Part shown: piece after piece, positions 63,345 to 64,000 of the stretch
Numbering within the stretch: the stretch's first letter is position 1
Layout: every line of letters begins with the position of its first letter
Origin: Vicugna vicugna
Taxonomy: Eukaryota
Direction of reading: 5' to 3'
DNA: 64,000 bases
NCBI GenBank assembly: GCA_013265495.1
Contig: MU057809.1
Location: 1,913,062 to 1,977,061, forward strand
Translations under genes and position numbers: made by a program
The notes under the pieces: generated by a model
What the model saw: only the letters and a program-made list of their open reading frames with translations
What the model was told of the DNA's origin: nothing
Databases searched by the model: none

Positions 63345-64000
63345 TCCATAAACATAGGTGTCATCCTCGATGCCTCATTCACATTATACCCGCATAGCAC
63401 TATTTTTCCTTCCAAACATCTCCCTAAAGTGTTCCTTTCTCTGTTTCTGCTGCTGCCACCCTGATCAATGCTGTCATGGTCTCTTCCTGGGACAACTGCA
63501 GTAGTTTTCTAACTGATCTAGTCTCACCTATTCTGGTCCCCTTCCAGTCTGTCCATTGCTCATTGCCAAAGGGATTTTTGAAAAACAAAAATAGTATCAT
63601 GTCACCCCATCTGCTTATCCTTCAGCACCTTCCCATTGCTGATTGGATAAAGACCAAACTCCTCACCATGGACTACGTCGTCCGGACTCCACCTCCCTGC
63701 TCTCCCCCATCCTTTCCTCTGAACGGTGAAAACCCTGCTTCCTCCCGCTGTGGGGCTTTGCCCTCGTTTCTTACTAACTCTGTTGCCCTTCGGATGTCTG
63801 CACAGGTGTCCTGTCCTCAGGGAGGCTGCCTTTGACTTCCGTGGAGACTGGGTGAGGACTTGTAGGCTTCCCTTGTCCTTCACGGTCCTTTACACACATA
63901 TAACTTTAATTCTGTGATAATCTGATTAATGTCTCTTTTTATTCCCCATCATTTTAACCTTGGTGCTGCAGAATGCTTATCATATAGTTGGGACTGACAT
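63345..64000 (+). mobile_element. L2 3' region, running off the window end
   Basis: 'cctgggacaactgcagtagttttctaactgatct...tcatgtcacccc...cttcccattgc...ggataaagaccaaactcct'. Confidence 0.8.

Noticed and set aside
1..64000. ORF-track entries as protein-coding genes
   Set aside because: All are 163 aa or shorter, many begin at non-ATG codons, many overlap repeats, and none resembles a cellular protein I recognise. The recognisable ones are L1, L2 or Tigger relics.
1..64000. Naming the host gene
   Set aside because: I considered known enhancer-rich long-intron genes and looked for recalled POLA1 and MAP2K5 exon sequence and the LMBR1 ZRS, finding no match. Any name would be a guess.

Overview
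Mammalian non-coding DNA, almost certainly camelid (camel/alpaca/llama). It carries two tRNA-derived SINEs matching the camelid Vic-1 pattern and two copies of a young L1 3' end with perfect target-site duplications. I found no recognisable protein-coding exon, RNA gene or CRISPR array. The only ORFs with recognisable content are transposon relics: an L1 ORF2 C-terminus, an L2 reverse-transcriptase motif and a Tigger transposase C-terminus. Much of the window is old eutherian repeat (L1M, L2, MIR, MaLR/MLT1, Tigger, MADE, MER), with one 38-N assembly gap. Between repeats lie unique AT-rich blocks dense in homeodomain, PBX-HOX, MEIS, TCF and octamer motifs, which look like conserved developmental enhancers. 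L1 sequence is mostly on the minus strand, consistent with a very long intron of a plus-strand gene that I cannot name. I do not see an undescribed biological system. The best leads are the enhancer-like blocks, a local AT-to-GC substitution burst in an old LTR, a 40-bp L1 insertion with a perfect TSD, and a candidate cryptic micro-exon. Repeat family names are from recognition, not a database search, and boundaries of old repeats are approximate.
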